NCBI RefSeq assembly: GCF_937999985.1
Contig: NZ_CALLDG010000052.1
Coordinates: 14,143-78,142 of the forward strand
Length of the DNA stretch: 64,000 nt
Direction of reading: 5' to 3'
Origin: an uncultured Corynebacterium sp.
GTDB taxonomy: Bacteria; Actinomycetota; Actinomycetes; Mycobacteriales; Mycobacteriaceae
A program made the translations under genes and the position numbers. How positions within the stretch are numbered: the first letter of the stretch is position 1; every line of letters starts with the position of its first letter. Shown here piece by piece: positions 63,954 through 64,000 of this stretch. The notes under the pieces were generated by a model that was not told where the DNA came from, searched no databases, and was given only the letters and a program-made list of their open reading frames with translations.

Positions 63954-64000
63954 ATGCCTATTGCAACCCCCGACGTCTACCGCGACATGCTGGACAATGC
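63954..64000 (+). CDS. fba: Class II fructose-bisphosphate aldolase, first 15 codons only (continues beyond the window)
   Basis: ATG at 63954 preceded by GAAGGAG. MPIATPDVYRDMLDN matches the conserved N-terminus MPIATPEVYAEML of actinobacterial Fba. Not in the ORF track because it is truncated by the window edge. Confidence 0.7.
   Translation, partial: MPIATPDVYRDMLDN

Overview
High-GC actinobacterial chromosome segment. It looks Corynebacterium-like by gene content and order (alaT, ald, udgA, dcd, dnaK-grpE / dnaJ-hspR, clpB, gcvPTH, pyrE, fba). It is syntenic with two M. tuberculosis neighbourhoods: Rv0227c-Rv0238 (aftD, lpqI) and Rv0338c-Rv0385 (Fe-S reductase, dnaK operon, fba, LamH-type GH76, pyrE, clpB). 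Coding density is high and most genes are core housekeeping. From left to right: (1) a cell-envelope cluster with a GT-C-like membrane protein running off the left edge (absent from the ORF track), a DUF3068 protein, an acyltransferase-3, an AftD-like arabinofuranosyltransferase, a GH3 lipoprotein and a VanW protein; (2) two tandem paralogous small exported proteins; (3) udgA, dcd, alaT; (4) a DsrMK/HdrD-like membrane Fe-S protein with a very long Pro/Ala-rich repetitive tail; (5) the HspR regulon (dnaK-grpE, dnaJ-hspR, clpB) with recognisable HAIR operators; (6) an amino-acid permease, an LLM-oxidoreductase pseudogene and ogt; (7) a small helical protein coupled to a WXG-motif/alpha-beta-hydrolase fusion; (8) a glutaryl-CoA dehydrogenase / CoA-transferase / IclR cluster and a TRAP transporter; (9) ald, a GltS-like symporter, a rhodanese-like protein, an EIIA-like protein and an SDR; (10) a tandem glycine riboswitch in front of gcvP-gcvT-gcvH; (11) pyrE, a TrmH-family methyltransferase, a repeat-filled intergenic region, a GH76 and the first codons of fba. 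I found no rRNA, tRNA, CRISPR array, IS element or canonical defence system. The items most worth a second look are: the 3.5 kb HNH-containing insertion that splits the dnaK operon; the orphan T7SS-substrate-like hydrolase pair; the DGGPIKL-motif tail of the Fe-S protein; a 115-bp element bounded by a perfect 18-bp inverted repeat; a strictly phased 24-bp x 7 array that starts inside the trmH stop region; adjacent rhodanese-like and EIIA-like proteins that both lack their canonical catalytic residues; and recurrent 15-bp in-frame tandem duplications in unrelated genes. All functional calls come from reading the translated sequences. No database search was run.
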